Source of the DNA: a virus
Taxonomy: Duplodnaviria; Caudoviricetes
Virus record (IMG/VR): IMGVR_UViG_3300032290_001158
Location: 1 to 56,854 of that record
DNA: 56,854 bases
Direction: 5' to 3' (one strand)
Position 1 is the first letter of the stretch. Each line of letters starts with the position of its first letter. The notes under the pieces are model-generated. The model did no database searches, had not been told where the DNA came from, and saw nothing but the letters and a program-made list of their open reading frames with translations. The position numbers and the translations under genes are program-made. Shown in pieces: positions 27,848 through 38,271 of this stretch.

Positions 27848-28907
27848 TTAGTTTATCCTCGCAGAAAGCCAAGTTGTTTGTAAGTCGTTCTTTTTCTTCT
27901 TCTGGTGCTATTTCTAAAGCAGCCTTTGCATATGCAACTGCTTCATCATGTTTTCCTAAATGATAACAAGATATTGCTGCCATATCGTGAGGGAGATATC
28001 CCCAAGACTCTGCTTCACATAAATACTCTAATGGCTTTTCTACAATTGCTAGAGCAATACTTGCTTGCTCAAAGCATTTCTCCCATTGAGAAGTTGAGTA
28101 GTAATACTTAGCCAAATCAACGTGAGGTTCTCTACGTCCAGGCGCTGTTGCAGCAGCCAAGGTAAACCAAACTTCTGATTCATCTGGATGAATTTTTCCT
28201 AGATAACGCATTGAGGCAGCACGCTCAGGTGGCCATTTTGCATTTGGTAGAGCAAGATGTCTCTTAAACTCCTTAGATGCTTCTTCAAATTTGTTATAGA
28301 AAAATAATTCTCTTGCATAATAAAAAGCATTTCTATCATCACTAGGGTCTTCTTCTGTAGATGCCTTAAGCAGTGGAAGATATTGAGACCTAGATTTTGT
28401 ATTATCAGCATGATGCTCCATAGTTGCTCCAGTCCAGAATGCAACTTCTTGCATTCGGTCAGGAACTAAAACTTCGTGAACTGGGTGCTTCCAACGATAA
28501 CCATGGCGTGCATGAATTTTATCTCCACCAAAAGTAAGTCCTGGAGTTCCATCAGAATTCCAGTTCCACACATAGTTATAGCGTGGTCGTGTTGCTTTTG
28601 CTTCATATGCTTTTTGCAACTCTGCTCTCCACCCAGGGAGCATAATCTCGTCCATGTCTAGCGGTATGCAATAGTCCATATCTGTAGGAACTAGGGCTAA
28701 AGATGCATTTCTTCCTGTATCAAAACGCCAAGGTTTTACACTAATCTCTGCGACATTAATCCCAAAAGACTTTGCTAACTCTATTGTTTTGTCTGTAGAG
28801 CCAGTATCAACAATTAGTAAATAATCTGCTTCATCTTTTACAGAGTTATACCAACGCTCAACAAACTGTTCTTCATTCAAGGCTATTGTGTATACGCATA
28901 CTTTCAT
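27837..28907 (-). CDS. Glycosyltransferase family 2 with C-terminal TPR repeats
   Basis: 'VYTIALNEE', 'VDTGSTD', 'WRFD..RN', DxD 'LDMDE', 'PVHE', then TPR-like helices. Confidence 0.9.
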   Translation of the reverse strand: MKVCVYTIALNEEQFVERWYNSVKDEADYLLIVDTGSTDKTIELAKSFGINVAEISVKPWRFDTGRNASLALVPTDMDYCIPLDMDEIMLPGWRAELQKAYEAKATRPRYNYVWNWNSDGTPGLTFGGDKIHARHGYRWKHPVHEVLVPDRMQEVAFWTGATMEHHADNTKSRSQYLPLLKASTEEDPSDDRNAFYYARELFFYNKFEEASKEFKRHLALPNAKWPPERAASMRYLGKIHPDESEVWFTLAAATAPGRREPHVDLAKYYYSTSQWEKCFEQASIALAIVEKPLEYLCEAESWGYLPHDMAAISCYHLGKHDEAVAYAKAALEIAPEEEKERLTNNLAFCEDKLNDN

Positions 28908-28913
28908 ATGAAA

Positions 28914-28919
28914 ATACTA
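28914..28919 (-). promoter_or_regulatory. Putative -10 (TAGTAT) of a leaderless promoter for the GT2 gene
   Basis: TAGTAT lies 6 nt before the ATG, with no Shine-Dalgarno sequence. Confidence 0.45.
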
Positions 28920-28923
28920 TCGT

Positions 28924-28960
28924 AAAAAAGAAAAAACCCCCGTTTTAACACGGGGGCTTT
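28924..28960 (-). terminator. Intrinsic terminator closing the fibre cluster
   Basis: Minus strand reads CCCCCG-TGTTAAAA-CGGGGG followed by TTTTTTCTTTTTT. Confidence 0.85.
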
Positions 28961-28974
28961 GACTTTATAAGAGA

Positions 28975-29361
28975 TTAGGCAATGCTTAGGAAGCGTGCCC
29001 GTCCGTAGATAGATGTTCCACTATCGCGGCTGTAGAACTCAAGAACTGTCTTTCCAGTTGTCTGTAGAGTTGGGGCTGAGCCACCATCCCATGTAACTCC
29101 TGAGAATGTAACAGTGTTTGAACCACGGTTAGATACTTCTACCCACCATGTGTTGGCATATCCTGCTGGAACGTTTGAGAATGTAATTGTTGAAGCACCA
29201 GATTGGCTTGAGAGCACAGTTACTGGGTAATCAATTACGCTCACTGTCACAGAGCCTGTAGCAGCAGCGCCGCTAAGAGTCTGTAATCTAGCAGTTACAC
29301 CCTGAGTGATGTAAGCATCTTGAGATGCTGTAAGCACTACTGGGGACATTGTAATTGGCAT
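28975..29361 (-). CDS. Small beta-rich virion/fibre protein
   Basis: 'TITFSNVP', 'VTWDGGSAPTL...GK.VLEF.S.D.GT.IYG', a common fibre terminal domain pattern. Confidence 0.6.
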   Translation of the reverse strand: MPITMSPVVLTASQDAYITQGVTARLQTLSGAAATGSVTVSVIDYPVTVLSSQSGASTITFSNVPAGYANTWWVEVSNRGSNTVTFSGVTWDGGSAPTLQTTGKTVLEFYSRDSGTSIYGRARFLSIA

Positions 29362-29364
29362 TAT

Positions 29365-29655
29365 TTATTCCTCCGCAGGTGTTTCTTCGTCTGAAGCCTT
29401 CTTCTTTGAAGAAGCCTTTGGTGCTGTAGCAGATTCTTCTTCTACAACTACTCCCCAAGAAGCCTTAGCCTCTAAAGGAAGTTCTGGAATGAATGTGCCA
29501 TCTGGACGACGCTCAAACCCAACAGATGGTGGATTTGGCATATCAGTGATATCAATTACAATAAAAGCATCTGCAATTGGTCCAATAGTTGACTCACTTT
29601 CAGCGGCAACAATGTTAGCAACCTTGTTACCTCCAACTAGAGCAAATTTCTTCAT
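29365..29655 (-). CDS. Putative fibre assembly chaperone
   Basis: 'FALV....V.NIV.A' and 'P.VG....DGTF.P'; follows a Gly-rich fibre gene. Confidence 0.5.
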   Translation of the reverse strand: MKKFALVGGNKVANIVAAESESTIGPIADAFIVIDITDMPNPPSVGFERRPDGTFIPELPLEAKASWGVVVEEESATAPKASSKKKASDEETPAEE

Positions 29656-29672
29656 TAGTTTTCTCCTTTACC

Positions 29673-32600
29673 TTACGCTGTGAACTTCTCGGTGTAGCGA
29701 AGGATAACAGTACCGTCTCCACCGTTTCCACCAGTAGCATAATATGGGTAGTACTGTGTTGTGTTGAAGTCAATATCAACAAAGTCACCAGCAGACATTG
29801 CAAGCAATTCAACTGCAACTTGGAAGTATGCAGCGTTTGCAGGAGCCAATGGTGGCTGCCATGTCTGCATATTTGTCACTGTTGCTGATGTCCATGCGTT
29901 AGCAACGAGAGTTACTGAAACTGTAGGACGGTCCTCACGGATAACATTCTTGTTGATATCCAACCAGATAATTGTTGGGCGACCAACTTTTGTTCCAATG
30001 TTTGGTGTTCCTGGGTTTGACGCTGATGCGTTCAAACGGAAACCAAATCCTGAGAAGAACAACTGTGTACGAGGCATAATTGGGAAGTCAGTCCATGAAG
30101 TAATTACCTTCATATTTCCTGCATCCTGTGCTGTTGCACGAAGACCATAGGTTCCATAGTTTGCTGCTGATGCAGTTACTAGAGTTGTACAGTTATATAC
30201 AGGGGTCCAGCGGTACATATCACTCTGAGCGTTACCTTCAAAGTTGATGAACTGTGAGGCTGAGTGTGTAGCAAGTGTCAAAGGTGAGTTAGAACCGTTT
30301 GAACCAGCACCACCACCACCAGAACCAGTTCCTGGAGCAGCATCAAGACCACGAGCGTAGACGTCTGTAATAAGACCTCCACCAGGGTTTGTTAGGTAAG
30401 CAAGGTATGTATGTCCACCCTTACCTCCGCCAGCGTTTCCGCGTCCTGGGTTGTTGAAACCGCCTTGTGCGAATGTATTCCATCCGCCGCCGCCTCCGCC
30501 GCCACCAACGTGTGTTGATGTAAGTGTTCCTGAACCATCAATATTAATTCCGTAACCACCATCTCCACCATAAGTAGGAATATTTACGTTAGATGATGTA
30601 GTTGCATATCCACCAAGGTTACCAAGTTGCTGCATATTCTGAAGCATGGTTGAACCTGTTGAAGCGAAACCAGTTGTTGTTCCTGAAGCGCCTTCAACTG
30701 CTGAGTATGAAATAGCGTTGAATCCTGCAGAACCTGCACCAGCACCGCCACCTGCATATGTAGGAGCAGTTGCTGAGTTAGTTGCAGCGTGTCCACCAGC
30801 ATTAGCGCCAGGAAGACCGAACTGCCAGAAACGAAGGTTAGAGTTATAAGTTCCTCCACCTCCACCACCCTTGGCTGCAACGAGAGGTGCAGTCATTGTT
30901 GTTGAGTAGTGTGCTTCTCCAGCCCATGTGAAGCCAGCAGAGTTTCCATCCTTGTAATAGGTTGGTGCAGAGCCAACTTCTAGTTGAGCATTTAATAAGT
31001 AGAACTCAGGTTCAGCGCCACCAGTGTTGTTGTTAGCAGCATTTACCATCTGCACACCGAAGCGTACATATGCTGCTGTTCCTGGGGCTGTTGCTGTTAC
31101 TTGAAGACGCTTTCCTGGAGTAGCGTTGAGGTTACCTGTAGAACCCATCTTTAAGTTTGTTGTAGGTAAAAATAGAGGACTTCCTACAGTTCGTGTGCTG
31201 ATAATGTTTTGGTCAACATCGTAGAACTCAAGGTAAGCAGATGCAGCACGGTATTCTTTCCATGCCCATGCATAAACAGAACCTGTGTATTGTGTTCCAG
31301 GAACTGCTTTAACCCAGTCGTGTGATGCTTCCATGTTCTGGCTATCAGCAGTAGTCGAAATCATCTTAAGACCCATGCCGTATTCGTATGTTGGTGGACG
31401 CCATGCTGTTGCAGATGCGCCAACTTCAACTTGAACGTTATCAATTTGCATTGTTGTATTTGCTGGAATCAAGAATCCAACATAAGCCCACTTTGCAGTA
31501 AGACCTGCTGCATATGCTGGAAGACCAGTAAATGTTGCAGAGACACGGCGCCATGCACCGTTGAAGATACCTGAATGAGCAAATGTTCCAGTTCCTGAAA
31601 CAGCACCTGTGTTAGCAAGGCTAAGGTTAATTGTTGTTCCAGATACGCTTGTGATTGTTGCGTTAGTTGCAACTCCTGTACCAGCAACAACTTGACCAAC
31701 GAAGAGACCGTCAGCGTTATCAACTACAAGGAATGTATTTCCCTGTGCGCCAGTGATAGTCTTTGAGATTGACCCACCATAACCAGAAAGTGGAGCAGAG
31801 ACAGTCTGCTGAGCAACGTGGTATCCACCAGCAGAAGGAGTTACTGCTGAGTAAACAGTTCCTGTTCCGTTAGCAGTTCCTTGGTTGTTTCCTGGGTAGT
31901 TAGAGCCATCACCAATACGAAGTTGCATGATGAGGTTCTGAGGTGTTGAGTTTGTATGGTAAACATATGCAGAAACTGTATATGTTGCATTTGGGTCATA
32001 AGCAAAACCAGTTGTTCCGTTGTTGTTTAGAGCACCAGCGACTGATGTTGATAGACCTACAAGACGAGCACCTGCTGTTGAGTTAACGCAAGAGAGTGAG
32101 TTAGCACCAGTTGTTGAACCGCTGATTTCTGCAGGAGAAACCATTTCAGGCAACTTAGTGTATGGGTTTGAAAGAACAGCAGCAGAGATACCACCAAGAG
32201 TATCAAGAACAAAGTAAGAGCCACCGTTAAGGGTGAGGTCTTCTAACTGTGCATACTGTGCTTGAATAACGTTATTTGACTGTGTTGCTCCAAATGAAGA
32301 TGAGATAGCAATGTTGTCGTTATAAACAATTGATGTAGGTGTGATTGTGCACGCCTGTAGTTTGAATGTAAGTGTTCCAGATACTGTTGCTGTGTTAGCA
32401 ACAGTTAAGGTAATTGTTGTTCCAGAGATAGCAGAAACAATTGCGTTTGTTCCAATACCAGTTCCTGAAACTACCTGACCTAATACAATACCTGTGTTAT
32501 CTGGGGCAACAATAATTGTGAATGTAGAACCAGTTCCTGTAGCATTCTTTTGGATTTGCTGAAGGTTATTTGCTTCCCAAAGAGAAACACCCTTGCTAAA

Positions 32601-32993
32601 TGAAGGGTTCATCAAAAGGTTTACAGGGGCTGAACCACCAAATGTTGTGCTTCCACCGACACCACCAGGTTGAGTGTTCACGTTATCAGAGGATGAAATT
32701 ACTGCACCCTGACCACCATGTCCACCTGCACCAATTGCAATGTTATAAGTTGTTCCAGGGGTAACGTTTACTTGACGCTGGACAACTTGTCCTCCACCGC
32801 CACCGCCGCCAGCAGAAACATCGTTTCCTCCGCCGCCGCCTCCGCCGCCACCGACTGCAATTACTTCAATAGCAGTAACGCCAGTTGGCACAGTGAATGT
32901 TCCATTCGCTGTGTACTGGACTTCTTTGATAGAGAAGCGTCCAGAGTTATCATTAGGAAATACAATTAAATCTTTGCTACCTGAAATAGCCAT
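29673..32993 (-). CDS. Glycine-rich fibre / receptor-binding protein with inserted carbohydrate-binding-like domains
   Basis: 'TFTVPTGVTAIEVIAVGGGGGGG' ... 'GGNGGDGTVILRY'; internal 'NLLMNPSF', 'TYTVSAYV' and 'IDNVQVEVG'. Confidence 0.7.
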   Translation of the reverse strand: MAISGSKDLIVFPNDNSGRFSIKEVQYTANGTFTVPTGVTAIEVIAVGGGGGGGGGNDVSAGGGGGGGQVVQRQVNVTPGTTYNIAIGAGGHGGQGAVISSSDNVNTQPGGVGGSTTFGGSAPVNLLMNPSFSKGVSLWEANNLQQIQKNATGTGSTFTIIVAPDNTGIVLGQVVSGTGIGTNAIVSAISGTTITLTVANTATVSGTLTFKLQACTITPTSIVYNDNIAISSSFGATQSNNVIQAQYAQLEDLTLNGGSYFVLDTLGGISAAVLSNPYTKLPEMVSPAEISGSTTGANSLSCVNSTAGARLVGLSTSVAGALNNNGTTGFAYDPNATYTVSAYVYHTNSTPQNLIMQLRIGDGSNYPGNNQGTANGTGTVYSAVTPSAGGYHVAQQTVSAPLSGYGGSISKTITGAQGNTFLVVDNADGLFVGQVVAGTGVATNATITSVSGTTINLSLANTGAVSGTGTFAHSGIFNGAWRRVSATFTGLPAYAAGLTAKWAYVGFLIPANTTMQIDNVQVEVGASATAWRPPTYEYGMGLKMISTTADSQNMEASHDWVKAVPGTQYTGSVYAWAWKEYRAASAYLEFYDVDQNIISTRTVGSPLFLPTTNLKMGSTGNLNATPGKRLQVTATAPGTAAYVRFGVQMVNAANNNTGGAEPEFYLLNAQLEVGSAPTYYKDGNSAGFTWAGEAHYSTTMTAPLVAAKGGGGGGTYNSNLRFWQFGLPGANAGGHAATNSATAPTYAGGGAGAGSAGFNAISYSAVEGASGTTTGFASTGSTMLQNMQQLGNLGGYATTSSNVNIPTYGGDGGYGINIDGSGTLTSTHVGGGGGGGGWNTFAQGGFNNPGRGNAGGGKGGHTYLAYLTNPGGGLITDVYARGLDAAPGTGSGGGGAGSNGSNSPLTLATHSASQFINFEGNAQSDMYRWTPVYNCTTLVTASAANYGTYGLRATAQDAGNMKVITSWTDFPIMPRTQLFFSGFGFRLNASASNPGTPNIGTKVGRPTIIWLDINKNVIREDRPTVSVTLVANAWTSATVTNMQTWQPPLAPANAAYFQVAVELLAMSAGDFVDIDFNTTQYYPYYATGGNGGDGTVILRYTEKFTA

Positions 32994-33027
32994 TGTTCTT
33001 TAGCCTCTCGTTTCTTTTTGGTTACTA

Positions 33028-33363
33028 CTACGCGGTAATCTCTACGCCAGAGACCATAACATCAATAGTGCTGTTAGTTGATGCCGCAACGTAGATTGCG
33101 TCAGACCCTGTCATAACTTGACGAATATCAAAATTTACTGTTCCATTTGCTGGAATTTGAAGACCATTGCAGAAGTTAAGTGCTGTACCTGAGTTGTAGC
33201 CACCAGTTCCAAACTGAATGGTAAGAGTTGCTACTGTTGCTGTCTTGTTTGCTGCAACGATATTAGTGACGATTGTTTGTCCACCTGCTGGCACAGAAGA
33301 GTACGCAGTTGCACCTGCAGTTGTTGCTGTACCTCGGAAGAGTTTTGCTGCTGTAGTTGCCAT
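33028..33363 (-). CDS. Small beta-sandwich virion protein
   Basis: 'IVTNIVAAN', 'IPANGTV' and 'VSGVEIT'. Confidence 0.6.
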   Translation of the reverse strand: MATTAAKLFRGTATTAGATAYSSVPAGGQTIVTNIVAANKTATVATLTIQFGTGGYNSGTALNFCNGLQIPANGTVNFDIRQVMTGSDAIYVAASTNSTIDVMVSGVEITA

Positions 33364-33701
33364 TATGCGAGTACTCCCATATATGAGTTGATTGTTAGGT
33401 CATTTGCTGTGTTATTGATTGTCGTGATTTTAGCATTTCCTGCTGAATTAACTGCCGCGACTTGCGTAGTTCCAGCAGTATTTACTGAGTTGACTGCTGT
33501 TGTTCCAGCAGTTGTTACTGAGCCTACCTGAGCAGCAGTTGCCGCTACGATGTCATTTACACCAAGAAGGCTTCCTAGAGTTTCTAATGCCTTAGAAACA
33601 AATACGAGGTCTTGAGCAGTGTAAGTGCTTGCAGTTAGGCTAGATGTGATTTCTGCCTTCACCGCATCAATTTGCGTTGAGAGACTGTCATAACTAGGCA
33701 T
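33363..33701 (-). CDS. Helical fibre-associated protein with 11-aa repeats
   Basis: 'VTTAGTTAVNS VNTAGTTQVAA VNSAG'; GGAG RBS. Confidence 0.6.
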   Translation of the reverse strand: MPSYDSLSTQIDAVKAEITSSLTASTYTAQDLVFVSKALETLGSLLGVNDIVAATAAQVGSVTTAGTTAVNSVNTAGTTQVAAVNSAGNAKITTINNTANDLTINSYMGVLA

Positions 33702-33766
33702 TATTTCTCCATTCCTTGATTGTAAATTTTATCAGTTTTTTGAACAAGGATTACTCCCATTTTACA

Positions 33767-36700
33767 CTATGCCTGTGCTTCAGTCCATGAAATACGGGCT
33801 GTAATATTGGCTGAAGCAGCACCAATGTTGGTTGCTGTAATCACCAAAATGTCTGGACCGTTAGGGTATGAAGGGCTAGTTGCGTTTCCATTTCCACTCA
33901 GGATTGAGTTTCCAAGTTCACGGATTGCCTTCAAGTCGTAGGCTGTGACGTTGTAGTTTGTTCCACCACCACCGTTTTCTGAATAGAACGAGAACACTGT
34001 ATCTCCACCAGCAATAGAGCCAGTAGGGGCACCTGATGGAACAACTCCACCATTAGGTCCTGTATTGTCAAAATAAAGCACCTGAGCCAAAGAACCAGAA
34101 CCTACACGCTCACGGTCCCAGTCAAAAGGAATTCCTCTGTAAAGGGGAACTCCACCAAATGTTCCAGAGCCAGCAGGGGTTCCAGTTGTTGGTAGTGAAA
34201 GAGTGATTACGTTACCTGCAATAGCAATAATAACTGCTCCAACAGGTAGGTTAGTTCCAGAGATTACAGTCATGCCGATAGCAACATTCTGAACATCAGA
34301 AAGAGTTACCTGAGATGATGTAGTACCTGCAGAGATAGTCTTTGAGATACGCAGAGATAGTTCAGTATGCTGAGTATAGGAAATTGTCTGTGGATTCAAG
34401 AAGCCCTGAATTAGGAACTGTCCGTTAGTTGACACACCGACAGAGGCAAGACGCATCTGCATTCGGTTGATAAGTTCACGAACACCAAAGTTCTTTGCAA
34501 TTGCGTTATCTACAGATGGAGCAAGACGCACTGCAATAAGTGGGCGTGTTGTACCAGTTGCGATTGATAACTGCTTAGTCATACCTGCTGTAAATACATA
34601 TTCAGCATCAGAGTCAAAGCGACCATCCATAATTACAGATGAGCCCCAGTGTGAGATTTGAGGAGCGCAGGTTTGGGTAATTGTTATTACTGAAACTTGA
34701 GAAGTGCCTGTCCCACCAACTGTTGTGTCTGGACTAAATGCTGTAGTTGCAGTATTTCCTCCACCAAGAATAACAATTTGTCCTGGGAAGTAGATAGGAT
34801 ATTGCTGACGACGAGAGATTCCTACAGCATAGCCACGCATTGTTGCGTTGTATGTTGTGTCTACCGTGCTGTATGAAGCAACTTCAACTGCAGAGTCATT
34901 TTTAATCATCAAATAACCGCTTGAAGGCCAGTTATCAACGTTATCAACATACATAGTTGTATCGTTTGGACTAAGAGTTGAGCCTAGAGTTTGAGTTGCT
35001 CCACCTACAAGACGAGCACGCTTTCCTTCATTAGATACTTCATATCTAGCAGGAAGGTTTCCTGAGCGCTGGTATGCAGCAGTATTAATATTGTTATTTG
35101 CCATACGGTGTACATAAACAATGTCACCCTTAATAGCACGGAATCCCCAACGGATATATCCAGCACCATACCATGTATAGTCAATGTAAATCATTTGCAT
35201 CTTGCCAATATCTAAGTTGTAACCACCAGGGCCACGACCATCCATATTGTCAAGATTCCATTGGTCTTGACGGATACGAATTTCTTGAGTCTTAGTTGCT
35301 CGCGCATATTGAACTGTTGTTCCACGATATGCAGGTGAGACGTGCAAAATGGTGTCGCTTGGAATATTTTGAATTAGATAAGACTGACCTCTAATTACAA
35401 TCTTATCTCCAACAAGTAACTGCTTACGGAACTGCGTTCCATTTCCAGTAATAAGTGAAGAGTTAGCAGTTGTATTTACAGTTCCACCAAGTTCTTTATT
35501 AGAGAAACGACGAACTGCATATACATACTGACCGTCATACTCAAAGAAGAAGCCATTTTGCTCATCAAAAAGACCTGCGCGAGTTACAGCACCCTTCCAT
35601 GTTCTGACAGTAACGTATATATTGGTTCCTCCAGGACTTACATCTGTAGGATTAAGAGCCCCTGCAAGAGTTACTTTATAAGTAAATACATTTGTTCCTG
35701 TAACACTATCCACAATAAATGTTCCATTATATGGATTTTCTGTAGATATTACTTGAACACCTTCAACTTGAATCTGAGCACCTGGCTGCATACCGTGGTC
35801 TTGAAGAGTTGTTACAGTTACAATTTTTTCTCCAGCACTAGAAACGTTGTTTGCTGACATATTTACAACGTCATAAGTTGGGGTCAATTTTGAACCAGTC
35901 GAGAATTGAATTGACTTACCAGACTGATAACGGAAGTAACGACGTGTCTGACGAATTGTTTGAAGACCAATTGCATTTCCAAGAGTAGTCAGAGATACAC
36001 CGCCATCTAAAGGACGATGCTGTACATAACCTTCTGGCTTAGCATACAGAACGGATGAAGATGATGTGGATACTGCTGTAACAACAGTATCTAAAATTTG
36101 GAAAGTAAATGTCGTTGGGCTTGTTACATCTTTAACAATCCAGTTACCATTAATACCACTTGTATTATTAATCATAATTGGTGTTCCTGGGAACAAACCA
36201 TGCGGGTTGGTTGTAGTAATTGTAATTGTTGATGGGTTACCGCCATTTGTAGCAGCAGCAAAACCATTTAGGTTTCCTAGTGTTACGTTTCCTCCAGGAA
36301 TATGAGCGTTATCAAAAACGTCTCCACCATAAACAGTTGTATAGTTTGATACCCACACAATGCCGTCAACAAGACCGCGAGCAAAATATGTAAATGAAGT
36401 TGGACTAACAACTGTATTTACTACGAATGTTCCTTCTGCTCTAAAGTTCAATGTATCTTGAATACTTACAATGTTTCCTGGCTGTAAGTTGTGAATTGTT
36501 GCTGTTGTAACTGTCATAAGTGAGCGAGGACCTGCCCCGTTTCCTTGAACGTTAACTACATCAAAAGAGTTACCACCAGAAGATTTAGGAAAAAATGTTG
36601 GATAGTTATTTGCTAAGAAGAGTGCTTCCCACTTAGATGGCTGAACAGAGTATTCAAAGTCTGTATCCATCAAAGACTGTGGAGCAGCAATACGAAGTTT

Positions 36701-37018
36701 TTCTACTGTATCAAGAAGTGTGTCAGTAAAGTTAACTGTCTCGTTGAACTCATCAACCATCACGGAAATGAGGTCAGTTGAACTCATTGAAGATGTATTG
36801 TATTCAAGAATAATTTGTGTCTTAGGGTTTGTTGGGTCACCAATATATGACCAGCCTGTGTATCCAAGAACTGGGTCAGCAAAGTTATAAATGATTATTC
36901 CTCGTGTCACGTTAGTGATGAGCAATACTCTCTCTTCAAGGAGGAACGAAGGAAGTACTAATTTTCTTTCTGAAGGAGTAAAGACATAGTCAGTACCTCT
37001 AATAATTCTTCTTGACAT
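33767..37018 (-). CDS. Large virion structural protein with FCCH-like modules
   Basis: 'Y.FTPSER', 'LLITNVT...IYNFADP', 'RQTRRYFRYQSGK', 'YTWYGAG' and three 'T..xHG/HNL' modules. Confidence 0.7.
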   Translation of the reverse strand: MSRRIIRGTDYVFTPSERKLVLPSFLLEERVLLITNVTRGIIIYNFADPVLGYTGWSYIGDPTNPKTQIILEYNTSSMSSTDLISVMVDEFNETVNFTDTLLDTVEKLRIAAPQSLMDTDFEYSVQPSKWEALFLANNYPTFFPKSSGGNSFDVVNVQGNGAGPRSLMTVTTATIHNLQPGNIVSIQDTLNFRAEGTFVVNTVVSPTSFTYFARGLVDGIVWVSNYTTVYGGDVFDNAHIPGGNVTLGNLNGFAAATNGGNPSTITITTTNPHGLFPGTPIMINNTSGINGNWIVKDVTSPTTFTFQILDTVVTAVSTSSSSVLYAKPEGYVQHRPLDGGVSLTTLGNAIGLQTIRQTRRYFRYQSGKSIQFSTGSKLTPTYDVVNMSANNVSSAGEKIVTVTTLQDHGMQPGAQIQVEGVQVISTENPYNGTFIVDSVTGTNVFTYKVTLAGALNPTDVSPGGTNIYVTVRTWKGAVTRAGLFDEQNGFFFEYDGQYVYAVRRFSNKELGGTVNTTANSSLITGNGTQFRKQLLVGDKIVIRGQSYLIQNIPSDTILHVSPAYRGTTVQYARATKTQEIRIRQDQWNLDNMDGRGPGGYNLDIGKMQMIYIDYTWYGAGYIRWGFRAIKGDIVYVHRMANNNINTAAYQRSGNLPARYEVSNEGKRARLVGGATQTLGSTLSPNDTTMYVDNVDNWPSSGYLMIKNDSAVEVASYSTVDTTYNATMRGYAVGISRRQQYPIYFPGQIVILGGGNTATTAFSPDTTVGGTGTSQVSVITITQTCAPQISHWGSSVIMDGRFDSDAEYVFTAGMTKQLSIATGTTRPLIAVRLAPSVDNAIAKNFGVRELINRMQMRLASVGVSTNGQFLIQGFLNPQTISYTQHTELSLRISKTISAGTTSSQVTLSDVQNVAIGMTVISGTNLPVGAVIIAIAGNVITLSLPTTGTPAGSGTFGGVPLYRGIPFDWDRERVGSGSLAQVLYFDNTGPNGGVVPSGAPTGSIAGGDTVFSFYSENGGGGTNYNVTAYDLKAIRELGNSILSGNGNATSPSYPNGPDILVITATNIGAASANITARISWTEAQA

Positions 37019-37036
37019 TAGTTATCCTCGCCTTAT

Positions 37037-37576
37037 TTATAGAAGTGCTATAGCCAAAAGGCTACTGGTAGTAGAGCCGACATTTGTAATATTAGTGGTT
37101 GTAGTGCTGGTTTGGTCACCAAACAGGCCGAGATTCAATAAAGAATTCATTTCAATGATGCTGATACGGTTTGTATCTGCTGTTGTTCCGTCTGGACCAG
37201 TTGGGCCTACTGGACCTGCAGCACCCGTAGCACCTGCTACTCCTGCAGCGCCCTTTATGTTTCCTTGGAGAACCCATGTTGTTGTGGATGCACTATATGC
37301 ATAGTAGTTTCCATTAGCAACGTTAAGAAAATTATCTGCTTCTAAAAGACCAGAAAGACCTGCTGATTCTGGTGCAACTGATGCAGTGTAAATCTTACTT
37401 CCGCGAGTACCTGCAACACCTGCGGCACCTGTAGGACCTGTTGCACCATTGGCACCGTTAGTTCCAGCAGTACCTGCGGGACCAGTAGGTCCAGTAGCAC
37501 CTGCAGGGCCTTGAGCACCTGGGCGTGAGCCAGCGACAACTACCCATTCGGTACCTGTCCAGCGTTTTAATGACAT
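37037..37576 (-). CDS. Short collagen-like fibre protein
   Basis: Gly-X-Y runs; N-terminal 'LKRWTGTEW'. Confidence 0.75.
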   Translation of the reverse strand: MSLKRWTGTEWVVVAGSRPGAQGPAGATGPTGPAGTAGTNGANGATGPTGAAGVAGTRGSKIYTASVAPESAGLSGLLEADNFLNVANGNYYAYSASTTTWVLQGNIKGAAGVAGATGAAGPVGPTGPDGTTADTNRISIIEMNSLLNLGLFGDQTSTTTTNITNVGSTTSSLLAIALL

Positions 37577-37643
37577 TAATTGCTCCTAGATTCTCTCACA
37601 AGTAGCACCACTATATTATCCCATTTTGTAATAACTGAGTCCA

Positions 37644-38270
37644 TTATGAAAGCCTGAACCATGGAATATTTGTAGTTGCTGCCGTGAAGTTTGCTGGTGT
37701 AGGTGAGTCTCCTGCTGGCAGTAGACCTGATAAAGGAACGCCAGAAATGCTCTGACCCCCTGTGATATATGAGTTCAAGAAAAAGGAAGGAAGGCTTGCT
37801 GTCGAGATTCCTAAAATTGTTGCTGCTGATGTTCCATCTGTTGATATGGCAAAACCATATGTTGTTCCTGCAGTAATAGAAAGGCTTGTCGGATACCCCC
37901 CAGTATTACTGAGGGCAAGAGTCTTTAGCCCAGTTGCAGAGAGAAGAGTTAGGTCGCTTGCTGTCCTAGCAACTAAGGTAGCCGTATTTGCAGAGCCATT
38001 ATATGTATACAAAAGTAGTCTGGCATAGGACCCCGCTGTAATTGCTCCAGCAGTTGATATAAAAATACTCATGTTACTAATTGTTAAAGTTTTAGAAGCC
38101 TGGAACAAATTAGTAGAACGGTTTGTGAATACAGTAAGAGCCGAGGCTCCAAGCGATGACATATCCATTTTTGAAAATGGCTCAATATGGTTATCAGCAA
38201 CCCACGATGCACCTGGGTTTGCTAAAACGTTAGTTGTAATTTGGCTGGCTAAATCTCTGGCTTTTGTCAT
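37644..38270 (-). CDS. Putative fibre head / decoration protein
   Basis: Start moved to 'MTKARDLA' at 38270; beta-rich sequence. Confidence 0.6.
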   Translation of the reverse strand: MTKARDLASQITTNVLANPGASWVADNHIEPFSKMDMSSLGASALTVFTNRSTNLFQASKTLTISNMSIFISTAGAITAGSYARLLLYTYNGSANTATLVARTASDLTLLSATGLKTLALSNTGGYPTSLSITAGTTYGFAISTDGTSAATILGISTASLPSFFLNSYITGGQSISGVPLSGLLPAGDSPTPANFTAATTNIPWFRLS

Positions 38271-38271
38271 C

